The notes under the pieces are model-generated. The model had not been told where the DNA came from. It saw only the letters and a program-made list of their open reading frames with translations, and searched no databases. A DNA stretch of 64,000 nt from Microthyrium microscopicum (taxonomy: Eukaryota): contig MU004237.1 of assembly GCA_010405405.1 (NCBI GenBank), positions 1,871,345-1,935,344 of the forward strand. Reading direction: 5' to 3'. This document shows, piece by piece, positions 37,001 through 49,682 of this stretch. How positions within the stretch are numbered: the first letter of the stretch is position 1; each line of letters begins with the position of its first letter. A program made the translations under genes and the position numbers.

Positions 37001-37216
37001 GGGATATGAAGAATTGGCGCCGCGGTCTCGAGAGGCGCTTCGACGGGTACCGGCTTGGGCCAAGTTGGATTGCTCAAAGTCTCTTCTAGCCACTTGAGGC
37101 AAATTCCCTTGGTCCTGAGATGGGCGATATGTGTGAGAGCTTGAGGAAGGATGCCTAGAGGACTGGGAGCGATGGACTCTGGCGGCGCCCCCCTCAGCAA
37201 GAGGTACTGCAGACAT
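34003..37216 (-). CDS. KIN1: Serine/threonine kinase Kin1 (MARK/PAR-1 family) with C-terminal KA1 domain, 3 exons
   Basis: [37 protein letters not shown]1 tail [21 protein letters not shown]; introns 36715-36670 and 36041-35991. Confidence 0.96.
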
Positions 37217-38320
37217 GGCGCGGGGGGTGTCGGGCGTACGCCGACCAAAACAAAGTTACGGACTAAATCTTATTGTGAATAGTGTATCGAAATACTATAA
37301 CGTTATAGGAGTAATTTGAATGTGTGAGCCGATTGACTGGCTGAGGAATTGGATCGTTTGTTCGGGAGAAGTTTTGAAGGGTTGTTTCAGCAGGCCACGT
37401 AGTATCGCAGTCGACGACAAAGGGCAGAAGTAGAATAGACTTGTGCGACCACAAACAGGGAGCAATTATGAGGTATGAGCTAGCGGCGGTGAGAGGACAA
37501 TTGCGGAATTCTTGGTGGAGCGGAAGGGGATCGACGGCGATGAAATTACGGAGGTGATGACGAGGTGGGAGGAGGTTAGACGATGGACAATATGGCAATT
37601 GGGAGCCCAGGCAGCCAGGAGGCAGGAAGGAGGAAGAGATTAAGAGGATAGGAGTATGAAGGAGTAGAGAATTGAGGGAGAAGAATTGATGTTTTGCGGG
37701 TGAAATTATCGCGAGCACTGAGCAGGAGATGTATGTAGTTCTGGTAGGCGTTGTTTAGGATTGCTCTGAATGGTAAACTAAGAGTGAAGGTGGACCTTTC
37801 GGACCTTTGGAGGGAATTGCAGTCGAGGTCTTGGCATTTTGCCTGCCTTGCTCTTACTCTCTACTTTCTCCCCCCTTCAATCAACTTGGCGATGCTAGCT
37901 GACAGGCCCTTCTAGCCATCGCAAACTGGTCATTGGGTTTGCAGAGGCTTGTAGAGGCTTGACACTACTTGTGCCATATTACATAACTTCCAGAATAAAT
38001 GTTAAAACTAGTTTTCTTCCATTTTCTCTCCAGACACATGGTAAAACTGGAAAATAGCCAATTGGGATGCTTCACAGTTTGATATCTAGCGCGTTACATA
38101 AACCACGCTAGCCATCTCTAGCCTTGACACCTGATTTTAACCTCCGTTCCTGCTGCCTGAATTCCCAGGCTTGAAGCTCAATATCATTTTCAACGTCAAC
38201 CAAGTTCACAATTACCAACGTTGACATTTCCATCACTCTGATGCTTTAAATAGCCCTAGTCAAACCACATATCCATGACTATCCTCGCCAGTCCTGCAGT
38301 GTCCTCACTGATGCCCCACC

Positions 38321-40381
38321 ATGGCTCAAAAACGCTCCCGAGCAACCTTCGAAGCCGACAATTACGCTGTCTACGGCACTCCTCTTCCCGCGTATGACCC
38401 TGACGCTCGAGACGATGGCTCTTACGTACCAATCTGGAAACAAGAGGTGGTTGATGAACGTGGGCGAAAAAGACTGCATGGCGCATTTACAGGTGGCTTT
38501 AGTGCTGGCTACTTCAATACAGTTGGATCGAAAGAGGGATGGACCCCTCAGACTTTCGTCTCCTCTCGGACAAATCGAGCAAAAGATCAGAATAAAACCG
38601 CACAACAGAGACCAGAGGACTTTATGGACGAAGAAGATCTGGCAGCGCAAGAAGATGACAAAGTTCTACAAACAAACGACTCCTTTACTGGCATAGGATC
38701 CACTGCTGATGACAACAAGAGGCGAGGAGTTCTGATGGACCTTGTTCGCCCGAAGGTCTCCATAGGTGTCAAACTGCTACAGAAAATGGGCTGGCGAGAA
38801 GGTCAAGGTGTTGGACAGAAGATCAAACGAAAAGCTAGGCTTGGTGAAAATGGCGATCATAATGGACAGGAACATGCATTTGCGCCTGAAAACACTAAAA
38901 TGATCGCTTTCATTCGTAAAACAGATCAAAAAGGCTTGGGATTTGCAGGAGAACAAAGTCTTCGTGAGGTGGTAAACCCGGAGCCAGCAGCGGAAGATGA
39001 TGCCGATGAGGCTATCCTCGCTCGGAGTCGCGTAAAACTCGCCAAAGATCCCAAACCGCGGAAGAAGACTGGCTTCGGGATGGGCGTACTGAACGATACT
39101 GGTTCTGACGACGAAGATCCATACGAAATTGGCCCAAAAATATCCTACAATCGAACAGTCGGAGCCGTCAGGAAAGCCAAAAAGGTCACAAAGCCTGGAG
39201 GCCTAGTTTCAGCATCTTCCAACCCTCTCATATCAACCAAACCAGTCTTCGTCTCCAAGAAGAAGCTGCTCTCCACCAATCCCATTCGCAAATGCCACGA
39301 CGGTCGGCTCCCCCTAACTGGCTTTGTCCTCAGCACCAAACCTCTCGACTTCGCCACAACGTCAAATCATCCGCCTCCTAAAGTGCCTCCTGACTGGGTT
39401 TCGACCAAAATACCCCTATCATCCACCGCAGCACCATCCTCCGGTAGTCAATACAAGTCCACCGCGGATGCCGCACGCGCTTCCACTCTTGATCCACATT
39501 CCCGCGCCACCCTCCTAGGCGAAACCGCTCTCCCTGGAAAATCCATCTTCGACTACCTCACCCCCGCGGCCCGCGAGCGCCTCGCCTCCGCCACCGGAAT
39601 CGCCAACCTTCCCGCCGCTGGCTCCGAAGCACCGCCCTCTGGCCTCCCACATCCCTCCGCCGCCTCTCTAGTACCACATCTCGATCCCGCCCTAGCACGT
39701 AGCGCACTCGCACGCTTCACGGCTGGATCCGCAGCAGGATTTACGCCATACGCCGATGATCCGCCCAAACGCACACGCTATGCATCATTCCTCGACCATG
39801 CAGCTGGTACCCGAAAAGATCTCCCGCCGCGAAGAGAGGGCGCGGGTATAGATGAATGGGTCGCCGAGATGCGAGAGTTTGTGCAAGCGGCACAGGTCTT
39901 TCGGCCCATGAGTGGACTTATGGCATCACGCTTCACTTCCTCTTCTGGCTCAACGAATACCGTAACGCAGAAGAAGGTGCAAGATCCAGCAGAGGAGGCG
40001 GCGAAGATGCGAATGTTTGGGCCGCTGACTAGAAGTGTGAGGTCATGGATGCCGGCGAAGCTGCTATGTAAGCGCTTCGGGGTCAGGGTACCGGATGTTG
40101 AGATGGATGATGGGGAGGAGAAGTTTGCTGGTGGAAGAGGTATGGAGACGGGGATGGAGAGTGGTATGGGGAGTATGTCTATGGCGTTGACGATTCCGGC
40201 CGCTCGTGCGGAAGAGACACGATCTATGCCAGAGACTACGATGAAAGCTACACCCGTGGTAGCTTTGCCGACTCCTACGTCAGTAGATGTAGAGCGGAAT
40301 ATCGCGCTGGAGGCCGAGAGACCGGGTGAGGCTGTCTTTAAGGCTATCTTTGGCAGTGATGATGAGGATGAGGATGATTAG
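38321..40381 (+). CDS. GPATCH1: G-patch domain protein 1 (DUF1604 + G-patch), 686 aa
   Basis: RLHGAFTGGFSAGYFNTVGSKEGWTP, PEDFMDEED, G-patch IGVKLLQKMGWREGQGVG, LLCKRF, VFKAIF. Confidence 0.93.
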   Translation: MAQKRSRATFEADNYAVYGTPLPAYDPDARDDGSYVPIWKQEVVDERGRKRLHGAFTGGFSAGYFNTVGSKEGWTPQTFVSSRTNRAKDQNKTAQQRPEDFMDEEDLAAQEDDKVLQTNDSFTGIGSTADDNKRRGVLMDLVRPKVSIGVKLLQKMGWREGQGVGQKIKRKARLGENGDHNGQEHAFAPENTKMIAFIRKTDQKGLGFAGEQSLREVVNPEPAAEDDADEAILARSRVKLAKDPKPRKKTGFGMGVLNDTGSDDEDPYEIGPKISYNRTVGAVRKAKKVTKPGGLVSASSNPLISTKPVFVSKKKLLSTNPIRKCHDGRLPLTGFVLSTKPLDFATTSNHPPPKVPPDWVSTKIPLSSTAAPSSGSQYKSTADAARASTLDPHSRATLLGETALPGKSIFDYLTPAARERLASATGIANLPAAGSEAPPSGLPHPSAASLVPHLDPALARSALARFTAGSAAGFTPYADDPPKRTRYASFLDHAAGTRKDLPPRREGAGIDEWVAEMREFVQAAQVFRPMSGLMASRFTSSSGSTNTVTQKKVQDPAEEAAKMRMFGPLTRSVRSWMPAKLLCKRFGVRVPDVEMDDGEEKFAGGRGMETGMESGMGSMSMALTIPAARAEETRSMPETTMKATPVVALPTPTSVDVERNIALEAERPGEAVFKAIFGSDDEDEDD

Positions 40382-40966
40382 ATGATAGGCACTTTTGAAT
40401 ACCAAAGTGTTGCTATGCTACGCTATGTCATAGTAAGGACATTACCCTCAGACTTGCTGGCGCGAACGGTAGCGCGTCTCAAGGCTTATGACTTCCCCTG
40501 CTCTACTCGTGATGTACGTGCAATATTGATATTAAGAGCGATGAAAGAGCTGATCATGTATGATAGGCTTTCCTCATAACAAAATCCGAAATTGACGCAC
40601 AGGATGAAAGCAAATACCGATGATTTCACTCTCTGTTCTGCTCTAGGTCTTCTCGTTTCATATCGTGAAGAACGGAATAGTCGGTGCCATTTCCAAAATG
40701 GAAGGAGCAACTGCGGATCGCCGCTCAGGTGGAAGTTGTCACTGGTGATTGTTGCGGTTGGTGAGGTGAGAGTCAACAATATTGACGACCATAACTGAAG
40801 CAACAGCTACCTTAAACCGCCGTGACTGCCTCCCACAGTTCCCAACTATTCCCATTTGAATGGAGCTAGAGCTGAGAAGCTATTCATCTCCATCCAGCAG
40901 AGAAATCTAGAAAGCTTCTTCATCCTTCAACTCATTTACTAACTAAATCCTCTTCCCAGCTTCAAC

Positions 40967-42584
40967 ATGGCCAGTTCACCCGTGGCTCCAGATGACTCTT
41001 TCGAGGTTTTACGAGTGTTTGAAGACTACGTTAGAACGAAAGCAGACCTCACTTGGTCAGAAAGAGACATTCCGCTTAGAGATGCAGGAAACATCTTCTT
41101 TGGAGTCGATCGTTCCAAGCTCTGCGCAAAGGTCAAGGTAGATCTGAAGCGTGAGATAGCTCGCGACAAGTATTATGCAAACCTGAACGAAGTGCAATTC
41201 ATTGACGAGCCAGCTATCTTTCCTTTCCTCATAGATATTATGGCTATCAACCACACCGATGATGACGAGGCAACTTACATTACCGATTTCATTCTACGAG
41301 CTTTGCGCGAGAGGCCCTTTGTATAAGGTAAGTGAAGAATTGGTTCAAGCACTTTGTGACAAACATTTTGAGGTAAGTCGTTCATCTAATGTGCTCATTC
41401 CTTCTACCATAGCTAGAATACTAATAGTCACATAGGGAGCTCAAGATGGAAAGCATTCCAATCTTACAATCGCCGCGAACTATCATCGGCCAAACTGCTT
41501 GCATACTGGTCAACCTGTTGACTCGATCCAATCTATCGAAAATACATCGGAACGCGAGCTAACATACGATCTTGATGTTCTGCTGGGACTTGCTGGGGCA
41601 CTTCCTCGATGGCTCAAACCGTTCTCCCCATATACCGTAGTCGAAGCTCAATATTTCTGCCGCAACGCTTTCCTCGATGTTCTGACTATCGAAGGCTCTC
41701 AGCAATTTCAAACAAGCGACCGGTCCCAAAACGAAACCAAACCATCAACATCCACAAATCTCGACGTAATCAACACTGGAGCGGGAGATTTGGATCAGCC
41801 TCTTATGATGGATCAACCAGGTCTCACAATAGACGTTTGCTATCAGCCTCAAGTTGATAGACGTCCTTCTCAAACACTTTCTCGGCCAGAACACGCTCCC
41901 GGAGGCATGAAGCAAGATCCAGAAAACAAGGGAACGGTTCAATGGCTCATCGAAAACGCAAAACGATGTATCATGCTTGCGCTCAAGAAACTTCAAGCTA
42001 ATGGCTTTTGTTGCAACAACATAATTTTTCTAAAATACAAACCAGCACATCAAAGCGCCGAGGCCGTCAAAATCCCTCTCCTTCTACTCAAGGCACTTTT
42101 CACAGCGCTTGAGACGCACTCATCCATCATATTCGACGAAACCCTCTCTGAGGATCCATCATCTTTGTCTAAGCAATCCGAGGTCGCCAAAGCCATAAAT
42201 CCAATTCTCGGACTCGTAATTGACGAGCCATTCACCGAAGACAAAGTCACTGGTGAGTGTCAGAATATCAGCGGTTCAAATCTGCTACATGCAACCGCTC
42301 TCGCAATCCAATTTGTTGCTTTGGCAATACAGTCCCACATTCGAAGATTCAAGGGCCCTCTCCACGTTGCTTTTCTGGGAGAAAATGTGAAAAACATCAC
42401 TTTGAAGGGAGTGCGACCACAGACAGGAGAGACGATGCCTAAAATTGCTGCCAGTACTCGAGAACTCAATTGTTTGAGTGGTACGCTGGATCGGTATGCT
42501 CTGGTCTTTGGAGCACCCTCATCTGATCTTGATGCGCTGGATGTCAATGTCAGCCTTGACGACTTGAAGGATCTGTGGGCATGA
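40967..42584 (+). CDS. Hypothetical fungal protein; exon structure uncertain, possibly degenerate
   Basis: 119-aa and 361-aa ORFs can be joined in frame through a weak GTATAA donor (41321) and a TAG acceptor (41435); the frame ends abruptly in TGA TAA. Confidence 0.45.
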
Positions 42585-43059
42585 TAAAATCTGGTGCTTG
42601 AGCTAGTGATTGTAGTCTCTCTAATGCATTACTTACATCAAATTATGAATTGCCGGGGAACTGTATACTTGTGGCAATGGATATCTTTGATGTAATGATG
42701 GGCATCTAGACAGCAAAAGTGGTCCAGCTCATTCGGTCGACGTTGCCCATCGCCTGTAATTCGTGAGATTGGGGTTCATCATTTGGCAAAGATAACACCG
42801 ACCCGTCAAAAAAGGCAATGGGAGACATCGATGTTGATGGGAGACATCGGCGTTGATGGGAGATATTGAGGTTCATGGGAGACTTCAGCGTTACGGTAGT
42901 GGGACTGCTCCCCGAAGATAGGGAGAGCAAGACTTGGTTAACACGAGTCACAAATGAGACAGTGACTTCTGACTACTTCATGATGAAGCCAATGAAATTC
43001 TTGGATGAGACAAAAGTTGATATACATAGTATTCTGACACGTTCTACCACACCACCACT

Positions 43060-45463
43060 TCAGTAGCCATGCAGCAATACACCACCACTACTGCCCTGCA
43101 TAACAGCCCCATCGTCATCACTCTCATCATCCGTGTCCTCCTCCTCGCCCTTCTCAATGACCTCCTCAATTTGAGCAAGCACCTTCAAGAACTCGCGCAC
43201 TCCCGAGCCACGCTCCCAAGGAATACCGGGGAGGTCATTCTCAGAGTCCTGCAAAGGAAAGAATTCACTCTCGCCAGCCTTCCATTTAGCCACCTGACCA
43301 ACTTGGAGCGCCAAGTTCTGGCTAAACTTCTTGTCCCAATCAGGATGAAAGACTTCAATGCCCCAACGCTCTTCGTACGGTTGGTACGTGATCCCTAGAT
43401 CGCCGTGTTGATAGTGAGTATCTGCTTCCATGATTTGGTTGACTTTGACGCTGTACTCGGAATCTCTCATGTGAAAGAGCCACGAGCGGATTTGCTGCAC
43501 TTTGCGAACGGGAAGTCCGGAGCCTTTGGTGTCTGAGGTTTCAAAGGCTTTTTTTGTCACATTAGGATTTTTCGCGTCTTTAGCCTGCAGCTTGATTCCT
43601 TCCGCAAATGATTCATACATCTTCGGAACTTTCCATTGACTGGCCTCATCGATGGGGAGGAATCGGCTGAGAGAAAGATTGTAAGAGAAGTGCGGCTTTT
43701 GCAAATCAACGAGGTTGATATCGAGGAGCTTCTCGTCTATTGAAGGGACTCTGCTCCAAACCGTATGGCCAGGGTCTGTATAGTTGTAGTTGTCAAAAGT
43801 TTTCTCCATTCGATATTCGTCCTTGTCCTTATCGTTGCTGGCAATAAAGGCAACTACCCGGAATGTGTTGGGAGTATAATCTTTTGATTTTCGATGCCAT
43901 CCAGGGAAGGAGTGAATCATGGGAGACTTCTTGTGAAAGAACCGTTTGAGCATGGCAACTTCCAGTCTCTTCTTGCCGAGTTCGCTGGTAAACCGAGATT
44001 CCAGCTGGTTTTCTTGGGTGTTGCTCTCTCGGAAGAACTGACGAGCAGTTTCGAGGTCCATTGTATCTTGTGATGGAAACACCTGGAAGGCACATGTACC
44101 AATAGAGGCACTCATTCGAAGACCGCCTACGTAGTAAGGTAACGACTCCAGAACCTTGCTAAAGTAGATTTCGATGAACATGCTGTTCATGTGTGTTTGC
44201 GATCGATCGGCAAGAAAGACTGCACCTGGGTCCAAACCTGGGGTGTTAACATCAGTCGCGTGGATTTGGGACCAATCTTCCCACGCTTCCTCGTCCATTC
44301 GATCTTTGCCATATCTGAAGATCTTGACAATCTTCTCACTAGCTGACATCACTGACTTTCGAGGCGCTGAATTGGTAGGTTTGTGCCGTTGCGGAGGCGT
44401 ATAGGTCACGAGATCCACCGATTTGCGAAGCTCTGCAAAAGATACTGGTTTGGCCAGGTGGAATTGGTATGGTGTAAATTGCCGAGCCTGCGCGTTTGAC
44501 TGACTGATCATGATTTGCTTGCATGCCGCCGTGCAACTGCCTTCTGATTTGCCCATGACATTGATTTGATACTGGTCACCAGCATTTGCGTAACCAATGA
44601 TCCAGACCTTGTGAGCTCTCCGGATTGGGTCCAGTCCTTCAAGGCGTTGCCCGAAAAGAGAGACCGGAGATGCTGTCTTTAGCTCCCAAATGATGATTAA
44701 TATGCAAGCCAGTTCCTCCTTTCCGGACGGTGCCTTGCGGTATTTGGCCACATCGTCTTTACCTGCCTCATCTTCTCGCAGCACGGTCCTATAGTCATAC
44801 GCGCCGACTTTTGCCCATCCAGAGTCTTCAGAGCCTCTACTGCCTAATGGAGCGATTTCTCGTGCCCATTCTTCTAGAAGATCTCTTGCTTTGTGCTGAT
44901 CCTCTAGCGAGACTGCCCAGATCTTGCAAGTGACTCGGTCGCCTTGTCCTTTGTAGGTTTCGATGTAGGTGTTTGAGAAATACTTGACACGATCAAGTCG
45001 ACTGAAATGCTCGGAATTGATTCCTATACTTTGTCAGTCAAAGTCACCAACAAAAGTCCTTGCTACGAAGTCGTCCAACGACACGCGATCTGCACAACCT
45101 CAGGAACCATCATAATGAAAGCTTGGTGGAACATTATGGCGCCTGGCACCCCTCAGCGCTCTACAAGGCTCCATCACAATTTTCAAAACCCAGGTATTCC
45201 CAACATCTGTCTGCTCAACGGTATATCTTACCAGTTGCTTGCTCGCTATAGCTTGGCGGAAACTTGAAGTCTCCTTGATGTGGCTGGCCCGCCAGAAACA
45301 AATTGTAGCCGTCATTCGTCGAGTGGAAAGCCTCCGCGTTGCGGGTTCGATTCTGCTGTCCAGGTCCTCTTCGAAAGGCCTTGATATCATTTTTGCCGGA
45401 AGGACAATTGCGGGCAAGATGGCCCTGTTGGCCGCAGCTTCGACATACACCGCGATCTGTCAT
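43060..45463 (-). CDS. CCHC zinc-knuckle protein with large uncharacterised C-terminal region (about 731 aa), 2 exons
   Basis: Exon 1 (45463-45232) encodes CRSCGQQGHLARNC; 208-nt intron 45231-45024 (GTAAGA..CTGAC..TAG) is phase-compatible with the open frame of the 574-aa ORF. Confidence 0.7.
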
Positions 45464-45848
45464 CTTGATTTCGCAATTTGGATATATTTGGGAAGAGGAG
45501 TTGGTGTTTTTTCCTAGTGTGAGGTGCAAGAGAATATGCCCGCCACCGGCCTCATCGATTGACGCAACGACCCACAACAAGTTTGCCTGACAAGGGAGGA
45601 GCCATGGACGGATGGAGGTTAGTTATGGCCAAAGTAGGAAAGTACGACAGAGGGAACGGAAGGCACGAGCCGTGTGTGGGAAGCCGCGAGCTCCATCCCA
45701 GGAAAGCCCCACTGTATCCATTTGTTAGCGGCATAAATCGAATCTAGGTGGAGGAGATCCAAATCGCAATAGAACAAAGACATTAAGAAATTGACATTAA
45801 TATCTAAAAAAGACCGTATTGAGCAAATCTAAGTACTTTTGACCTCAT

Positions 45849-47816
45849 CTACGCAGGAGCGGCCATGCCCAGCTTCTTACCCTTGACGCTCTTCCATTCA
45901 AACAGCAAACTTCCAAGGAAGCTCAGGATGGCGACGGCTATCGGCAGGATATATGCCTGTGTAAGTGCCTTGTTGTATGCTTCCAGTACGCCAGGAAGCG
46001 CTTCCGGCTTCTTAAGGACATCCTCCAGGAAGGTCCTAATGTTTGTTGCGCCAGCCTGGATGATCGTTTCGGCAGGAATACCGGGCGCATAAATGGGTAG
46101 TTGCTTTTTGAGAGCATTATTGAATATGTTGGTCGCGATCGAAATTGCAATTGCTCCACCGAGAGAGTTGAAGAAGATTGCTACGGCGTTGCCGGTGGGC
46201 ATTTCCTTGGATGAGAGGACGACTTGCACTGCGATGAATGGGAGCTGGATCGCGGCTCCCGAGCCTCCACCAGCCATGATTTGGTAGCCGATCCATTTGG
46301 CGTGTGGTGTGCCGACTTGGAAGGTGTATATGAGGCCAGAGCCGATTGCGAATACTAGTGGCAGTCAGCAATGAGATGACATTTCAGTATGCAATACTTA
46401 CGAGCAGTACCAAACCAGATGAACGGCGTATAGTAGCCGAGTACAGTTACACAAGCTCCACTGATTATGGCAAATATCGTGTTGGACACCAGGTATGGAA
46501 TTACTCGAATGCCAGACTGTTCAGCAGAAGTACCTTTAACCGCTTGGAAGTAGAATGGTAGATAGTAAATATGTCTGCAGAGCAGTGAGTCTCATAGTCA
46601 TCGCAGAAAATAGGCTCCACTTACACGAAAAGTCCCATGGACATGAACATCAGTGTCAAAGCAACAGCTCTGATGGTTCGCTGCTTGAAGATCCGGACCG
46701 GAATAGTGGCAGACTCGCCTAGCCTAATCTGAGTTGTGATAAATATCGTGATAAGAACACCGAAGCCAACGAAGCATCCAATAACTTTAGAGTCATTCCA
46801 CGGATACTGGAGACCGCCCCATTGCAGTGCAAGTAGCAAGCATACGATTGCGCTGATCAGGAACGTAGCGCCTACTGGATCCAATTCGAGTAGTTTTGCT
46901 TTCAGTGTGATGTTTGTAAAATCTCTCTCTGGATTCTTGAAGAAGAAAAATGTAGTCAAGATGGCCACCGCTCCAAAAGGCAGATTTATCCAGAAGCACC
47001 ATCTCCAGGTCAACTGATCAGTGAAGACACCGCCCAAGATTGGCCCGACGATACTGGAGACGCCAAACATACTTGAGAGTGCGGCAATGTACAAAGGCCG
47101 ACGTCGTAGTGGAACAGCGAATCCAACCATTGTCATGCCTCCTGAAAATAGACCTGCCGCCCCTGAGCCTGCGATAGCACGACCTACAATCAGCATCTTG
47201 CTTCCAGTTGCCGCGGCGCAGATAATTGAGCCAACCTCAAATATTGCCAGTGCGATAATGAACGTAAACTTGATGTTGAAGTAGGTATACACTTTACCGA
47301 AAGTCGGCTGGAGTGCAGTGGTCGTCAATAGATATGAGGAGCCATACCAGCCCACATCGTCCAGACTTTGAAATTGAGTAGTGATTTTAGGAATTGCAGT
47401 CGCGATGATCATTTGGTCTAAGCCGATCAAAAAAGTCGTTACACATAACCCAAAAGCCAGAAGTATCAGTGGGATACCATGGATATGGTGGGATGTATCT
47501 TCTTCTTCCTCAACATCAACTACAGTTCCAGCTGGTGCTGCAGAGATCTCTGCATCTTGGGCGCCTCCTTGTTGATATTTTTCATTGTGTTCAGAAGTAG
47601 TGTCGTCTTGTAAAGAACCATAGTGTTCGACCACTTTAGGCTCGTTCTCCTTGACTGAATGTTTATCGTCTGTATGCGGTACAATTGCGGGAACTAGCAT
47701 GTAAGATCCAGTCAGTATAGTTCAACCAGATAAGCACCCCAAGAACGTGGAAAGTGTTCGAACTCACGTGGCGCTACTATTGTAGGGCTCGTCTTAGCCT
47801 CTTCAGTGGATGCCAT
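45849..47816 (-). CDS. MFS drug:H+ antiporter (DHA2, 14-TMS; AflT/GliA-like), 4 exons
   Basis: LDQMIIATAIPKIT, VGWYGSSYLL, GRAIAGSG, TWRWCFWINLPFG, FFNSLGGAI; first exon MASTEEAKTSP; introns near 47767-47694, 46624-46574 and 46401-46356. Confidence 0.93.
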
Positions 47817-49682
47817 TTTTAATCCACGGATTCTCGTGAGCCTCTCAGAGACGACGTTGATATTTGACTCTTATAGCGCAAATTATAGAACAGGTCTTCT
47901 TGGGTCGCAATTCGCCCGTGAGTTTCAAGACAGCGGTCCGGTCCGGGGCGTGAAACACCAAACTGAAGATCTATGTTCTTGAGTGGTAAACAACAGCAGG
48001 GAAGGAATATCCAGGGTGTTTAGCTTCCTTTAGACATGGTAGAAAGCAATGAAGAGCAGTCGCATTACCTGAAGGACGCTCTGCGTACATCCAAAACCGT
48101 CAGAATACAGAGAACAGTAACGTCTTGCAGCAAGAAAAGACGATGACCGCAAGACACGGGGATACAGCGCCTCAAATATCATGGTGTCGATGCCGAGGAC
48201 GATCGTGCAAGGGCCATTCGCACCTCGCCGCTTCTTCATTTTGGCTTCGTTCTCTCTTGACAGCGTCCCTCTCGTACTCTTTCCTGGCTAGTAGTAGCAT
48301 TCGCCTGTTGAATATAACAGGGGAGCTTCTAAAGCAGAGTCAACGCCGCTACATTGACCATGCGATCTGTCGGAAGCGCGGCTTTCCGTATGCCGGACAG
48401 GCTATATAGTCCAGGCTACCCACGCGCAGGATTGCCAGTGGTGATCGCTCATTGGCGCGACTTAAGCGAGTTCTGGACCAGATGTGATTCATTTGGGCAG
48501 AGAAAAAGCTGAATTGTCGCCGGTTCGAAAAGCTAATGCCCCAAACAGCATGGTTCCAAAGGATGAAGAACGAGAAGCGCGTTCACCTGTCGCGTCGTTT
48601 TGCGGCGACACCCACTTTGGAAATTGGTATGCCACAATATGATGAACGATTGAAGCTTAGGCTGTTAGCCATGTCGGCTACAGTACCCCGCAAGTTCTTG
48701 GGAAGAAGTCTCCTAGCGTGCATAAATTCTTCGCTTATAGAGGAGGGAAGTGGTCGAAACTGGTCTGGTGGTTAAGATAGAGTTGTGCGCCACGTTTTTC
48801 TTCCCAGTGGAGAACCCCTTTTAACCAGTGAACGACCGCTATTTCTGCCACTAGATCCGCTGTTATGCATGAATTCAGCCGTTATACATTTGTGCTATGC
48901 AATCTGCAGTGTGGACAGGCTTTTCGCAATAATTGCCCAACAGTACCTCGTATGGAATGTGGCCAGTTAGCTTCTGATCCTATATAATAGACTCTTATCG
49001 CACAGTAACATCGACTTTCCTCAAATCCATATCTCGAAATGATTCGAAAAGAATCTTAAGATCAGAATCGGGGAACCGTAGAGGCCACCGATCATGTCTG
49101 TGCGAGCATGACGGCCGCGTATGATCTCATCTGGTATAGTCAGGTCCCAATATACCTGATCTGTCACCTTTCCTTATTTTTAGCAATGAGTAATTGGGCT
49201 CCGACCACATTGATCAAGAACTCCAGAAGCTTCAATTTCTGATATCAGCTTTTGAAAGCTATAATTGCTGCGATGAACTTCAATCTAGGTTAAGAAAGCT
49301 TCAATATCCCCGTCGACTCAATTATCAAGCTGAAGGTACAGTCAGTACCTAACGCACAGCATTTGGACAATGTAAATCAAGAATCTTACAGCGGCCCCGA
49401 TTTCGTTTCTAATCCTAGACACTGTGGTAGTAGTGCGCGCATCCTCCTCGTGGCTGATGTGACTCCTATATGCACTGAGTGGTCGACACAAGTAGGGATA
49501 CATATTAAAACTCGCGGGTGCTCAGTGACGGGCAGCGCTGATATATCTCTCGATACTGTAGCTTGAATGTTGTGCGTAGTCATCCGAGCTTTGTTCTTTC
49601 GTTCAAGTCAATTCATATCAACGTAAAATAATTCATCATTTAGTGTTGCAAGCGGGTGAAGTGGCTTTTAGGTCAATTCGTG

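Noticed and set aside
5722..45463. Apparent enrichment of RNA-metabolism genes (RTP1, TER, PPR, SF3A2, TRL1, GPATCH1, zinc knuckle)
   Set aside because: Different pathways and compartments, interspersed with unrelated genes; compatible with chance.
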